Part shown: positions 51,668-51,714 of the stretch, in pieces
Layout: every line of letters begins with the position of its first letter
How positions within the stretch are numbered: the stretch's first letter is position 1
Source of the DNA: Nitrosopumilaceae archaeon
Lineage (GTDB): Archaea; Thermoproteota; Nitrososphaeria; Nitrososphaerales; Nitrosopumilaceae
Assembly: GCA_042138065.1 (NCBI GenBank)
Contig: JBHIUX010000001.1
Location: 1-51,714 of the forward strand
Reading direction: 5' to 3'
DNA: 51,714 nucleotides
The notes under the pieces: model-generated
Databases searched by the model: none
The model's input: the letters and a program-made list of their open reading frames with translations, nothing else
Told to the model about the DNA's origin: nothing
Made by a program: the position numbers and the translations under genes

Positions 51668-51714
51668 ACTAGTTTCTGATGAGAAATTTCACTAATGAGC
51701 TTTTCTTACTTGAG

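Noticed and set aside
1-51714. CRISPR arrays, IS elements or transposases, rRNA genes and toxin-antitoxin pairs
   Set aside because: Reading both strands, I found no regularly spaced direct repeats and no DDE, serine or tyrosine recombinase-like ORFs. I also found no rRNA-like conserved blocks and no small paired ORFs with a TA-like appearance. A by-eye scan could still miss short or degenerate elements.

Overview
This is a 51.7-kb, AT-rich, densely coding stretch of archaeal chromosome. The gene content and protein style resemble a marine ammonia-oxidising thaumarchaeon (Nitrosopumilus-like). That assignment is my inference from reading the sequence, not a database result. The backbone is housekeeping. 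It includes TBP (cut by the window edge), TFB, aSUI1, Sec61-beta, Alba, tRNA-Pro(UGG), an RNase P RNA that the ORF track misreads as two antisense ORFs, Tsr3, MetAP, ProRS, deoxyhypusine synthase, SMC, the Y-family polymerase Dpo4, NreA and a PAC2 proteasome chaperone. It also includes F420 genes cofD and cofC, geranylgeranyl reductase, myo-inositol-1-phosphate synthase and an EgtD/EgtB ergothioneine pair. Among these sit cell-envelope genes. There are three large secreted proteins built from the same beta-sandwich-like module, one of which has an N-terminal lamin-tail domain. There is an exosortase/archaeosortase-like membrane protein whose expected catalytic Cys position reads Ser, followed by a secreted protein ending in two Trp-rich 37-aa repeats. 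There is a DsbA-like oxidoreductase followed immediately, with no intergenic gap, by a 4-TM protein carrying a CxC motif. There is also a CAP-domain protein with a cytoplasmic U1/matrin-like zinc finger, and two eukaryote-style C2H2 finger ORFs. I found six plausible genes below the 60-aa track cutoff. I also found a candidate C/D-box sRNA with two exact 12-nt guides, and a 385-bp intergenic region upstream of nreA containing phased repeats and a multi-stem element. I saw no CRISPR array, transposase, integrase or rRNA. The best candidates for undescribed biology are the Cys-less archaeosortase-like locus and the DsbA/CxC-membrane pair. All functional calls rest on motif recognition by eye and need HMM or structure confirmation.
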